Positions 28,951-39,105 of a stretch of 64,000 bases of DNA are shown piece by piece. The notes beneath the pieces were generated by a model. It did no database searches. It was not told the DNA's origin and was given only the letters and a program-made list of their open reading frames with translations. Origin of the DNA: Gammaproteobacteria bacterium (GTDB taxonomy: Bacteria > Pseudomonadota > Gammaproteobacteria > Eutrophobiales > Eutrophobiaceae); assembly GCA_965215365.1 (NCBI GenBank), contig CBDCDS010000003.1, positions 1,888,001 through 1,952,000 on the forward strand, read 5' to 3'. The translations under genes were made by a program, and so were the position numbers. How positions within the stretch are numbered: position 1 is the stretch's first letter; each line of letters opens with the position of its first letter.

Positions 28951-29985
28951 TCACCTTGGTGAGATATGCGGGTTAGCGTGTTCCTGCTGCACATCCGGCA
29001 GCAAATTACTTTGGGCTGGAGGAGTGGGTGTCGTGGCAGCGCCACGCTGAAAAACAGCATTGAGATCGTCTGCATCTGCTGGATTCGGCCATGGCATAGC
29101 GCCCTTGTCTTTAAGCGCCTCCAGACTTTTGGAGAAGCCACCGTTTGAGCGCACAAAAACCGGCACTAAGTGCAGCTTTTCCAACTGCTCTGTCGCTCCG
29201 GTCCAGGTGCCACCTTTGCTTATCTCCGCGTTTACCACTAGGGCCGCGTCTGCCAAGGCGTAGATGACTTTGTTGCGTTGCATTGCGTGGCCGGGGTTAA
29301 AACCTGAGTTCGGGTCGTAGGGTGAGATCAAGACGAGCTGGCCTTCAAGTAGTCGGTTTCGATTGTCACGTTTCATTATCGTTTTTTCAAGGCTGTCCGC
29401 GAGAATGCCTGTGACTCTACCTCCCGCCTGTAATGCGCCGGACATGGCCGACTGGTCAATACCCCTTGCTCCACCGGAGACTACAGTCCGGCCGGCCTTT
29501 GCCGATAATCGGCCGACTTCCTGAGTGTATTCGAGTAGTGAGCCACTCACGTTTCGTGAACCTACAACCGCCAATCCTCCACTGTTAAGTAGCTCTCGGT
29601 CTCCACAACCATACAGCAGGCTCGGCGAGTTTTTCTTAAGCCGGTCTTTCAGTCTTTTTGGATAACCATTATCAGCGCGACTGACCACCCAAATTGCCCT
29701 TGTATGCCAGTGTTCGACCGCTTGACTCAACAGAAAACCTCGGTCCAGCAAACGCCTGATCCGGTCTTCGTCAAGTATGTGGCGAGAGTCCATGAGAACT
29801 TGATCCGCTTCCGAACCCAGTAAATCCGCTGGTTGCCTGCTTGTCTCCTGGAGATGGCAGGCGAGTTTTGTATATTCTCCCGGCTTGAGCAGGTCATTGG
29901 ATTCATTGCCTTTACCGCGGCCTAGGATCAAGGGCGCAGTCAACAGCAGAATCGCCTTGGTGTTCAGGGAAAGTGTTTCATTCAT
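28951..29985 (-). CDS. DprA/Smf-like protein (PsyrA/RqlI-like antitoxin)
   Basis: [36 protein letters not shown]; directly downstream of the RecQ-PRTase. Confidence 0.88.
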   Translation of the reverse strand: MNETLSLNTKAILLLTAPLILGRGKGNESNDLLKPGEYTKLACHLQETSRQPADLLGSEADQVLMDSRHILDEDRIRRLLDRGFLLSQAVEHWHTRAIWVVSRADNGYPKRLKDRLKKNSPSLLYGCGDRELLNSGGLAVVGSRNVSGSLLEYTQEVGRLSAKAGRTVVSGGARGIDQSAMSGALQAGGRVTGILADSLEKTIMKRDNRNRLLEGQLVLISPYDPNSGFNPGHAMQRNKVIYALADAALVVNAEISKGGTWTGATEQLEKLHLVPVFVRSNGGFSKSLEALKDKGAMPWPNPADADDLNAVFQRGAATTPTPPAQSNLLPDVQQEHANPHISPR

Positions 29986-30774
29986 CGTCAGTTTCCCACC
30001 TGGGCGAGCGCCAACGGCCACACCTCTCCGCAATGATTTGAACGGAGCAGCCAGGTTGCAGTAGTTAAAGTCCAGCGTGAGTCTACCATATCGTCCACGA
30101 GCAGCAATGGCCTACCAATCAATACCTCATCGGTCAGCGCCATAGAACCGTCAACATTACGAGCCTGTTGAGCGCTGTTCTTCATTGTCTTTTGTTCCGG
30201 GCGGTCCTCTGTCTTGATTAACACCTGCCTGAAAGGAAGGCCGAAGGATTCGGCCAAGCGTCGGGCGAAATCGGCCACCAGATGTGGATGTCGTATTGAA
30301 GGAACGCAAGTTACCCATTCCGGGAAGGGCCTGGGGTTCCATTTTTCGATCAATTTGTGACAAGCATCTACCAGTTCATCGGAGAAGTATCCATCATGAT
30401 ATTTCCCTTGTCGTACTAATCTACCCCAACCGGCGTCGCCCCAAACACAAAGTGCCTTGCCGGGTTGAGGCTGCAGATCAGAAGCTATTCGCCCGGATAA
30501 GTTGTAATACTGTAGCCCTCCCGGTGGCCACTTCTTTCTCGGCTCGAACGGCAGACTCGTGCGCCGCAGGAAAGCGACCGCTGCGCGAACCAACGCCGCA
30601 TCCGGTTTCATCGCAAGAGCGGGCAGGCCTTGCGCCGGGGTATTATCCGGTTGCCCATCCAGTGCTTGAATAACCCGACTTCGACGGTCTGGTGCTTACT
30701 TTATCTGAAAATCTCTTGTAAATCAAAACGTGTTTTGGAGCAGGCAGTTGTAGTGCCTAGTTGATATTTGTAGC

Positions 30775-30803
30775 TTGACATTGTGGGCGGCGCGTGGTAT
30801 CCT
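30775..30803 (+). promoter_or_regulatory. Sigma70-type promoter of the IS1634 transposase
   Basis: TTGACA-17 nt-TATCCT; ATG 7 nt downstream. Confidence 0.6.
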
Positions 30804-30810
30804 CCGGGCT

Positions 30811-32466
30811 ATGTTCGTGCGCGTCAAAACCACCCCCAACAGCCCGCGTCAATCCGTACAACTCGTCGAGTCAGTGCGTGACGGCAAGGCCGTGCGCCAG
30901 CGCATTGTGCGCCATATCGGTATTGCCTTCGATGAAGACGAGCTCGTCCGGCTCAAAGACTTAGCCGAAGTGGTCAAAGCCAAACTTCAGGCCGAGACCC
31001 AGCCCGAGCTGTTCCCGCCCGAAGATGTCGCCGAGCAACTCAGCGCCGCCCGCGCCCGGCAGGACGACTCACCGCTGAAAGTCGAGCTCAAAGCCCTGCG
31101 GGAAACCCAGCGTGTCATCAGCGGCATCCATGCGGTGTACGGCGCCGTGTACGAGGACTTAGGGCTGTCCCGGCTGCTGCCAGCCTGGCGCTACCGGGCC
31201 TCGCACAAAGCGCTGTTCCATACGGTGATGGCGCGCCTAGCCAACCCGGACAGCAAACGGGCCAGTGTGCGCGCCCTGACAGCCGACTTCGGCGTGCAAG
31301 TGTCCCTGCCCCAAATCTACCGCATGATGGACTTGCTCGATGCGGCCTGTATCGAACGCCTCAATACCCTGGCCGAGACCCAAGCCCGGGCGCTGCTCGG
31401 CGGGCCGCTACGCGTGCTGTTCTTCGATTGCGCCACCTTGTACTTTGAATCATTCACCGACGATGAGCTCAAACAACCCGGCTACAGCAAAGACGCCAAG
31501 TTCAAAGAATGCCAGGTGCTGCTGGCCCTGGCCGTCACCGACACCGGCCTGCCCGTGCGCTACACCGTGCTGCCCGGCGCCACCTTCGAGGGACACAGCC
31601 TCATCCCGGTGGTCAAAGCCTTACAAACCGACTGTCAGGCCGACAACGCCGTGGTCGTTGCCGACCGGGGGCTGCTGAGCAGGGATAACCTCAGCGCCTT
31701 AGAGAACGCCGGCCTGCACTACATCGTCGGCGCCCGACTCAAGTCCCTGCCGCACGCCCTGCAAACCCAAGTGCTCGATGAAGACCGCTATGAGACCCTG
31801 ACAGATAGCGACGGACTGCGGGTGGCGGACCTACCCCACGACTCCCGCCGTCTGGTGGTGGGCTACTCCCCAGTGCGTGCCGGGAAAGACCGGCATGACC
31901 GCGACCAGGCCATCGCCAAGCTCCGTGAGAAACTGGCCAAAAGCCAAAACCCCAAAGACCTGCTCAACAACTACGGTTATAAGAAATACCTCAAGGTAGA
32001 CGGCAACAGTACCCTCAGCGTCAACCCCGATAAAATTGCCCAAGCACAACGCTGGGACGGCCTGCACGGGGTTATCACCAACCTGCCAACATCTACCACC
32101 GCCCCCGCCATCTTAAGCCAGTATCGCGGCCTGTGGCAGGTCGAAGATACCTTCCGGGTAAGTAAGCACGATCTCAAGATAAGACCCATCTACCACTGGA
32201 CCCCCCGACGCATCGAAGCCCACATCGCCATCGCCTTTATGTCCCTGCTCTGTGTCCGACACCTGCAATACCGCATGACCCTGCAAGCCAAGCCGGTCTC
32301 CCCCGAAGTCATCCGCAACGCGCTGGCCCATGTGCAGCACAGTGTCCTGACACATCAACAGACACACCGCCGCTACGTGATTCCCTCCGCCATCAGTGAA
32401 ACCGCCCGGCGCCTCTACAAAATCATGGGATTGAGTCACTCCACCACCCCCTACGAGCTCAAATAG
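30811..32466 (+). CDS. IS1634-family DDE transposase
   Basis: FFDCATLYFE, GYSKD, VVADRGL, WQVEDTFRVSKHDL.IRPIYHW. Confidence 0.95.
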   Translation: MFVRVKTTPNSPRQSVQLVESVRDGKAVRQRIVRHIGIAFDEDELVRLKDLAEVVKAKLQAETQPELFPPEDVAEQLSAARARQDDSPLKVELKALRETQRVISGIHAVYGAVYEDLGLSRLLPAWRYRASHKALFHTVMARLANPDSKRASVRALTADFGVQVSLPQIYRMMDLLDAACIERLNTLAETQARALLGGPLRVLFFDCATLYFESFTDDELKQPGYSKDAKFKECQVLLALAVTDTGLPVRYTVLPGATFEGHSLIPVVKALQTDCQADNAVVVADRGLLSRDNLSALENAGLHYIVGARLKSLPHALQTQVLDEDRYETLTDSDGLRVADLPHDSRRLVVGYSPVRAGKDRHDRDQAIAKLREKLAKSQNPKDLLNNYGYKKYLKVDGNSTLSVNPDKIAQAQRWDGLHGVITNLPTSTTAPAILSQYRGLWQVEDTFRVSKHDLKIRPIYHWTPRRIEAHIAIAFMSLLCVRHLQYRMTLQAKPVSPEVIRNALAHVQHSVLTHQQTHRRYVIPSAISETARRLYKIMGLSHSTTPYELK

Positions 32467-33430
32467 CCCGCCCCTGAGAACGCCGAAACAAGGCAATTGT
32501 AGTGCCTACGGGTCAACGCGCCTTCAATAAAATCAATCAGTTAGAGAAATAAACCGTCGAAGTCGGGAATAAGAAAGTCCATGTGGCCGGAAGTCAACCC
32601 CACGTATTTCTGCATCTGTTCCTGTTCCAGCCGCCGTAATTCCGTAAGGCGACGTGCTCTCTCCCAGAAGGTGTCACTCAGTTTTTCCGAGGTCAGTTGC
32701 CACTTGGTTCCTTGCTTGACGATAGGGGCTGGCGACTCCAAAGAAAGAAGTTGTATCGTTTTCTGGATACGGCCATTACTGATATTGATGGCACCAAGAA
32801 TCTGAGGAATGGATAGTCCCTCGGGGCAAGCCTCCAAGGCATTGATTACATCTTCTACTTCGTCGTGGGTTGGAAATGCGCTCTCTATAAAGTAGTCGGT
32901 GATCTCGGTCTCCTCCTGACCACTCAATAGCACCCCGTAGGCAGAATCAAGCGCCCTCCCGGCACGACCGACCTGCTGATAGTAAGCTACCGCAGAACTG
33001 GGTGTCTGGTAGTGAATAACAAAGGCCAGATCCGGTTTGTCAAAGCCCATACCCAAGGCGGTCGTTGCTACCAATGCTTTTACCTTGTTTTGAAGAAGCG
33101 CATCTTCCAATTCAGGCCGTTGGGCACCGGTCTCACCCGTATAGGTCGCGACATCTAATCCACGGGATTTGAGCCATTCACTCACTCGTTCTGCATCACG
33201 TACAGTGAGTGTATAAATAATCCCATGACCTGATAGCTTTGGCACTTGTGCCGCTAACCATGCGAGGCGTTCAGCCTGGGTCGGTAAACGGATCGTTCTC
33301 CGCGCCATCTCCCTTACGAATACGACTGTCATCTTCAGATATGTTGGACAAGGTAGCTTAACTGAGGAAAGAAATCCGTAACTACTCGCCCCCTCCCTCT
33401 AATTCTACTGAATTTTTTGTCAAGGCGTCC

Positions 33431-33459
33431 TTGACAACATAGCGTCATGGCGTTATGTT
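33431..33459 (+). promoter_or_regulatory. Promoter in the IS66 left end driving methylase-transposase
   Basis: TTGACA-17 nt-TATGTT; overlapped by palindromes TTGTCAAGG-CGT-CCTTGACAA and AACATAGCGTCATGGCGTTATGTT. Confidence 0.55.
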
Positions 33460-33466
33460 GGTCGTC

Positions 33467-34147
33467 ATGGGGAATGCGTACCGAGGGTCGAAAGCCACGA
33501 CGGGTCTGTGCCAGCCGCTCATTGCGATGATGCCGCCGCACAGTGTGTACATTGAGACACACTTAGGCGGCGGGGCGATTATGCAGCGCAAGCCGGCGGC
33601 GTTGCGCAACATTGGGATTGATCTTGATGTGCGGGCGTTGGCGGGGTTTACGTGTGGGTATCCGGTGGAGTTGGTGCAGGGGTGTTGTCACCGCTGGTTG
33701 GCGACTTTTCCGTTTGACGGCACGGAGTTGGTGTACAGCGACCCGCCCTACCTGCACAGCACGCGCAAGTCACGGCACCGTTACCGGTATGACTACGAGG
33801 ACTCAGACCATGAGGCGCTGCTGGCGTTACTGCAGGGGCTGCCCTGTGCGGTGATGGTGTCGGGGTATCCTTCGGCCTTGTATGATGAGGTGCTGGCGGG
33901 CTGGCGCAGTGTGTCCTTGCAGGTGATGAATCAGGGCGGGGTGGTGACCGAGCGGGTCTGGTTCAATTTTGTGCCGGACCGGGTGCACTGGGTGCGCTAT
34001 GCGGGGCGCAACTTCACGCACCGCCAGCAGGTCAAGCGCAAGGCTGAGAACTGGGGGCGGCGTTATCGTGACTTGCCCCCGGCCGAGCGGCTGGCGGTGC
34101 TGGCGGCGATGATGGCGGTGGAGGCACAGTGCACATGGCCACGGTGA
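33467..34147 (+). CDS. DNA adenine methyltransferase (Dam/D12-like), IS66 passenger
   Basis: Same translation as 16974-17654; DPPY motif. Confidence 0.85.
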   Translation: MGNAYRGSKATTGLCQPLIAMMPPHSVYIETHLGGGAIMQRKPAALRNIGIDLDVRALAGFTCGYPVELVQGCCHRWLATFPFDGTELVYSDPPYLHSTRKSRHRYRYDYEDSDHEALLALLQGLPCAVMVSGYPSALYDEVLAGWRSVSLQVMNQGGVVTERVWFNFVPDRVHWVRYAGRNFTHRQQVKRKAENWGRRYRDLPPAERLAVLAAMMAVEAQCTWPR

Positions 34148-35652
34148 ACAAGGCCTCATTGCGTGCGGAGTTCGAGGCCATCCGAATGCGTTTTAAGGCG
34201 TTGTGCGCCGACGGCGCGCTGAGTCCCGAAGGGCGTGCGCTGTTCGAGTCGATGTTGCTGCTATTCGAGTTGCTGCTGGCGGTGTTCTTAGAGAAGACCA
34301 CACCGAAGGGGGCGCACAACTCCAGCCTGCCCAGTTCCCGCACCGACCCCGATGACAGTGCGCGCACACGGCCCGGCAAGCAGGGCAAGGGGCCGCAGAC
34401 CGGGACGGTGCCCAGCGCGTCCCGGCGCGTGGTGGCTCAGACCCGCACGGTGCCCGTGACCGGCTGCCGGGCCTGCGGGCATGATCTCAAAGGCACCGCC
34501 CCCACCGGCCATGTGCGACGAGTCAAGGTCGATATAGTCTTCGAGACGACCGAGTTGACCATTGACGCCGAGATAAAAACCTGTCCGCGCTGTGGCACTG
34601 AGACCCACGGGGCGTTTCCCGATGACATGCCGGGGCCTTTACAATACGGCCCTGGCATCGTGGCTTTCGCCACGCACCTGTTAACGGCCCAAATGCTCTC
34701 GCTCAAACGTACGGCGCAGACACTTCATGCACTGACCGGGCGCGCCGTCGCCGAGGCGACCTTACTGGCCTGGCTCACGCGGGTGCATGAGGCCCTGGCC
34801 GGGTGGGAGCGGGCGGCTATCGCCCGCCTGCTCACAGAGCCCGTGCTGCACGCCGATGAGACCTCCTTGCGCATCGACCGCACACAACACTGGCTGCACA
34901 GCACCAGTGCCGGGAACCTGGTACTGAAACACTGCCACCGCAAGCGGGGCGGGGACGCCCTCAAGGACATCGGCATCGTCCCCCGCTACGGCGGTGTTCT
35001 CGTGCACGACCGCTGGGCCAGCTACTTCGCCTATGACAACTGCGAGCATGCCCTGTGCGGCAGTCACCTGTTGCGTAACTTGGCCTTTATCGAGGACGCC
35101 CACGGCCATGCCTGGGCCCAACGTATGAGCCGCCTCCTGCTCAAGACCTGCCGACAGGTGCGCACACATAAAAACAAGGCACTCAGCGAGACCGACTACC
35201 AGTCCCTGCGCACCCGCTACCGGACTATCCTGACACAAGCCAAACGGGAACTCCCCACACCCCCGAAACGGCTCACCGGCCAACGCGGACGGATTGCCCA
35301 ATGTGAGGCACAAAACCTCCATGATGCCCTCGTCAAGTACGAAACCGAAGTCCTCCGCTTCGCCCGCGACCCCAACGTGCCGTTCACCAACAACCGCGCC
35401 GAACGCGATATCCGTATGGCTAAAGTCAAACAAAAAGTCTCCGGCTGCTTCCGAACCACCGCCTACGCCGACACCTACTGCCGCATCTCCAGCTACTTGC
35501 AGTCTATGACCCTGAAGGGCTACAATCCCCTCGCCGCCATCGAGATAGCACTCAAGGGAGACGCCGCCACCATGGTGGAAAAACCGCTCAAAAATAAAAC
35601 GGTTAAGAAAAACCAGATCAGAACAAGAGATCAGGGTAAGGGGGGCGAGTAG
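34129..35652 (+). CDS. IS66-family transposase
   Basis: Same translation as 15469-16992. Confidence 0.95.
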   Translation: MHMATVNKASLRAEFEAIRMRFKALCADGALSPEGRALFESMLLLFELLLAVFLEKTTPKGAHNSSLPSSRTDPDDSARTRPGKQGKGPQTGTVPSASRRVVAQTRTVPVTGCRACGHDLKGTAPTGHVRRVKVDIVFETTELTIDAEIKTCPRCGTETHGAFPDDMPGPLQYGPGIVAFATHLLTAQMLSLKRTAQTLHALTGRAVAEATLLAWLTRVHEALAGWERAAIARLLTEPVLHADETSLRIDRTQHWLHSTSAGNLVLKHCHRKRGGDALKDIGIVPRYGGVLVHDRWASYFAYDNCEHALCGSHLLRNLAFIEDAHGHAWAQRMSRLLLKTCRQVRTHKNKALSETDYQSLRTRYRTILTQAKRELPTPPKRLTGQRGRIAQCEAQNLHDALVKYETEVLRFARDPNVPFTNNRAERDIRMAKVKQKVSGCFRTTAYADTYCRISSYLQSMTLKGYNPLAAIEIALKGDAATMVEKPLKNKTVKKNQIRTRDQGKGGE

Positions 35653-35758
35653 TTACCTTGAAATAAATAAAGGCTTGATCAGTTCAGATTGCTCTATGAA
35701 ATACAGTCATGCTACACTGCCGATTTATTCTGACCTTTCTGATTCGGAGGAAACCACA

Positions 35759-36585
35759 ATGAGCACGTATTCCCCCCCCCCCCCCCCCCCCTTGCTAAAT
35801 TAACAGCCGTCCTGCTGCTGGCAGTACTGGCGACCCCGGCGGGGGCGCAGGCACTGCCGGAGATTAGTCTGCAGATAACCGATCTTGCCAGGAACGCTGG
35901 CAGGACCGCTGAAAGCATTGTTGGACTATCATGCGGGAGAAGTGAGGGCGGAATGCCGGTCCAGATAAAAGCCAGCCAGGACGCAAGCGGCGTGACGGTC
36001 AACGTGATGGCGCATACCGTATCCGGCCATGACCGGTTTCGGGACCTTGGCGTGCCGGCCTACGTCAACAGAGGCGTCTACCGGTCGCGCACCACGGCGA
36101 CCTTTGCGAGCAACTCGACGTCATGGGTTGACCTGAATTCCCTCAGCGGCAATACCGGATCGCCCTGTTTCCCGGACGACAACCTCATCACCGGAGAGAG
36201 CGTGATCCGTGTTGTCTTGCTGCCCGGAACGGGCTACACCATCAATCCGAATATGCGGATGGCTGAGGTCGTCATCTGGGACGGACCCGGCGAAGAGTGC
36301 AGCAGGGTGCGAGGCAATCAAAAACTCTATATGCCCCATCCCCAAGGCGGCATGGCCTGGGGCGTCTGCACCTGCGCCGCGCAGAGCCAGCACCCCAGCG
36401 TCCGGCGGGCCCTGGATCGAACCATCCCCACGCCCGGCGATGATGGGAGATACGGCACCGATGACGACGGGACAACCCCCGCGCCCGCACCGAGTGAGGG
36501 GTTCCTGAGCAACCTGGCCAAACAGTTTCATGATCCCTCTTACCTCTACTGCGAGGGATCGCCGTACAGGGGGTTTGGATCATGA
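35759..36585 (+). CDS. Secreted Cys-rich hypothetical protein, frameshifted in a poly-C tract (phase OFF)
   Basis: GGAGG RBS, ATG 35759, C20 tract, then LAKLTAVLLLAVLATPAGAQA signal peptide in the frame of ORF 35953-36585. Confidence 0.7.
35772..35791 (+). repeat. Poly-C20 homopolymer
   Basis: Counted directly. Confidence 0.95.
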
Positions 36586-36812
36586 AGCGTTCCTGATGCC
36601 GGCGGGCTGGAATGGTCAGCATGAAGGCATGAAAGAGGGTACTGTGTCGATAGCCTCGATTGCTGCCCGGGGCGGGAATCCAGTGGAAAAAAGTCCCGAA
36701 GGGACACTTTATAAGGTGTCCCCGGCTGACAACATGCCGGGGGCGGCGCGAGCGACGGTTTGAGCGAATGGATTCCTGCATTCGCAGGACCAATCGGCAG
36801 GATAGCCGAATT

Positions 36813-36889
36813 GCAAACTACATCCATGTAGTTTGCCCCGATGAGGCCAGCTACGCTGTCCAAATTCGTTCCAGACGAATTTGGACAGC
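36813..36889. repeat. Two perfect hairpins (REP-like)
   Basis: GCAAACTACAT-CC-ATGTAGTTTGC (36813-36836); GCTGTCCAAATTCGT-TCCAG-ACGAATTTGGACAGC (36855-36889). Confidence 0.8.
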
Positions 36890-36995
36890 AACAGCTGCCC
36901 GCAGGGTTGCGTCCAGAGCCTGCCTCGGTATGGAGTTGAGCCGGGGGAGGGACGCAATGAGTGACGGCCAGGGGGTGAGTAGTTACAGAAATCCT

Positions 36996-37298
36996 ATGAA
37001 ACGCACACGTTTAACAACACTTACCCCCCCCAATAGCAACATAGCCCTATTGGCCGCCGTACTGGTGGCCTTAGGCTTGGCCGGGCCAGCCGCCGCGCAA
37101 CTGGTTATTCCGGCTACGACCGGGACGGAAGCCTGCACCCAAGGAGGTTGGACTGAGCTGCGGCCTACCGTAGGAGTGAACATAACTGGCAACCCCACAG
37201 CGAGTAGCGTAACCATTTCTACTCCGGGACTTACCAATGGCAATTTGCGAGACTGGGGTGATCGAGGAGGTGTCTCATCGAGTGGAAAGCCGGTTTAG
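36996..37298 (+). pseudogene. 5' remnant of a secreted protein gene
   Basis: MKRTRLTTLTPPNSNIALLAAVLVALGLAGPAAAQ signal peptide with a C8 tract; separated from its RBS by the transposon; stops after 100 aa. Confidence 0.55.
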
Positions 37299-37330
37299 CT
37301 ACAGGTTTTGGAAAACAAACAGGGCTCGAG

Positions 37331-38205
37331 TTTATTTCAAACCTGAGTGATGTAGAATGTCTCCCCTGAGCTGTTAACCCGCAGATCTCACCAAGTGATG
37401 CGGGTTAGCACCATCAATGTCGGCGCGAACGCCGACAGGATGTACTGAGCCGCCGCTTCACTGAGAGGATTTTGCCATGACCGATGAAGAACTGAAAGCG
37501 CTGGTTGCCGGCTTGGCCGCCGCGCAAGACCGTACTGATGCCCAGCAGGCGAAGACCGAGGCCAAGCTGGCGAAGACCGAAGCCCTGATTGAAAAAAACG
37601 CCGCGCAGCAGGCGAGGACTGATGCCCAGCTGGCGAAGACCGATGCCCAGCTGGCGAAGACCGATGCCAAGCTGAACCGTCTGGCGGAAATGTACGGCGG
37701 CGTCGGCAACAGCCTGGGGGCGGCAGCCGAGGAGTTCTACCATAACAGCCTCAAGGCCAATCCGGTGCTGGCCGGGGTGCGCTTCGACTTCGTCGACCGG
37801 AACATCACCCGCAGCCGCGCCGGCCTTGAGGACGAGTTTGACCTGCTGTTAGTGAACGGTCGCGAAGTGTTTGTCGTGGAAGTGAAGTACAAGGCACATG
37901 AGAACGACTTGGCGCGCCTGCTGGACCAGAAGGCGCCCAACTTCCGGCGCTTATTCCCGGAACACGCCGACCGCCGGCAGCGCTTGGCACTGGCCGCCTT
38001 CCACTTCCATGACGAGCTGAAGCAGGCGGCCTTAGCGCAGGGCGTGACCGTACTGCAACGCAAGGGCGATGTCATCGAAACCCTGAGAGCAGGGACATAA
38101 AGGCGATGGCGATGTGGGCTTCGATGCGTCGGGGGGTCCAGTGGTAGATGGGTCTTATCTTGAGATCGTGCTTACTTACCCGGAAGGTATCTTCGACCTG
38201 CCACA
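37331..38205 (+). repeat. Direct repeat copy A (about 0.88 kb); copy B at 39978-40872
   Basis: Near-identical leader, gene and IS1634 fragment in both copies. Confidence 0.9.
37477..38100 (+). CDS. Coiled-coil + PD-(D/E)XK nuclease-like protein (DUF3782-like)
   Basis: Heptad repeats (AKTDAQL), GNSLGAAAEEF, EFDLLLVNG...VVEVK. Confidence 0.75.
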   Translation: MTDEELKALVAGLAAAQDRTDAQQAKTEAKLAKTEALIEKNAAQQARTDAQLAKTDAQLAKTDAKLNRLAEMYGGVGNSLGAAAEEFYHNSLKANPVLAGVRFDFVDRNITRSRAGLEDEFDLLLVNGREVFVVEVKYKAHENDLARLLDQKAPNFRRLFPEHADRRQRLALAAFHFHDELKQAALAQGVTVLQRKGDVIETLRAGT

Positions 38206-38908
38206 CACGCGGTTATTCGCTGTTGCCGTTGTCGCCAACAGACGAAGATTCGGCGGCAAGGAGCGGATGATACGTTCGAGCAACCGGTAGTGGGGGCGAA
38301 AGTCGTGCCCCCAATCAGAGATGCAATGCGCTTCATCGACCACAAGGAGCGCAATTCGGTTACTGATCTTTGCCAGTACTTGCGCGCGAAAGCGTTCATT
38401 GGCGAGCCTTTCCGGCGATATAAGCAATATATCCACCTCATTGCGGCCAACAGCATTTTCAACATCTTCCCAGCGCTCCTGATTATCTGAATTAACAGTT
38501 TTCGCGTGAACACTCATACGCTCTGCCGCCTTTATCTGGTTACGCATAAGCGCCAGTAAGGGACTGATGAGAAGCGCCGGCCCCATATCTGCTTCACGCA
38601 GCAGTTTCGTTGCAATGAAATAGACAAAGCTCTTGCCCCATCCGGTCTTCTGCACGACCAACAAACGGCTCTTTCCGTTTACGATATGCCGGATGGCTTC
38701 TTCCTGACCTGTGCGGAATTGTGCATCGGATAATCCGGCTCCGAGCCTCAGCAGTTCAAGTGCGCGTTCTGTTTTATACATCGGAATTGTGTCTGTTCTC
38801 CATGATTGGGACTCTGTGAAGAAACAGGGACAGGCATGGATCTATTTATCTGTGGTTTTATCTGCGTTACGAAGCGGATGCAATCGAACCCGCGTTCTTC
38901 AACCTTGC

Positions 38909-39105
38909 TCACGCCGTACCAGCACCTTGTTGCTGTGCTTTTCTGGTAACCCAGCGTTGCCATACCGGGTCGTTCTCCCGAAACTTGCGGTAGTAATCAG
39001 CCAGTTCTTTATGACTCATGTGTTTGGTTTCTTCATAGATTCTTCTACGAGCTTCCCGGGTAAACTTTATGCAGTCAAACTTTTTTTGGTTGGCTCACTA
39101 CTCAT
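38909..39105 (-). pseudogene. Small partner (putative antitoxin) of the PIN gene, frameshifted at an A7 run
   Basis: ATG 39105 overlaps the PIN stop; adding one A gives MSSEPTKKKFDCIKFTREARRRIYEETKHMSHKELADYYRK...* (65 aa). Confidence 0.55.

Larger units (their letters stand above)
30674..32567 (+). mobile_element. IS1634-family element, copy 2 (intact)
   Basis: 14-bp terminal IRs CCCGACTTCGACGG; 5-bp target duplication AATAA (30669-30673 / 32568-32572). Confidence 0.95.
33378..35656 (+). mobile_element. IS66-family element with methylase, copy 2, 2279 bp
   Basis: Same IRs, length and protein translations as copy 1. Confidence 0.95.
33378..36986 (+). mobile_element. Extended IS66-derived transposon using a second, variant right end
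   Basis: Variant IR GGGGGTGAGTAGTTAC at 36971-36986; AGAAATCC duplicated at 33370-33377 and 36987-36994. Confidence 0.85.
29988..38781 (-). pseudogene. RecQ-family helicase with C-terminal PRTase domain (PsyrT/RqlH-like), broken into three pieces
   Basis: 5' piece about 38206-38781 (TGWGKS, DEAHC, TATA); middle 32568-about 33296 (ATTALGMGFDKPD, QQVGRAGR); 3' piece 29988-30673 ([12 protein letters not shown]). Removing IS1634 and one AATAA restores the frame FLIQALD. Confidence 0.88.

Noticed and set aside
14868-32567. Composite transposon bounded by the two inverted IS1634 copies
   Set aside because: Copy 2 has its own AATAA duplication, and the outer flanks (GAGCT vs AATAA) do not match.
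15465-35656. Inversion between the two inverted IS66 copies
   Set aside because: Each insertion retains its own matching 8-bp duplication, so no exchange of flanks is evident.
36660-36995. N-terminal half of ORF 36660-37298 as real coding sequence
   Set aside because: It runs through hairpins and the transposon end; the plausible gene starts at ATG 36996.
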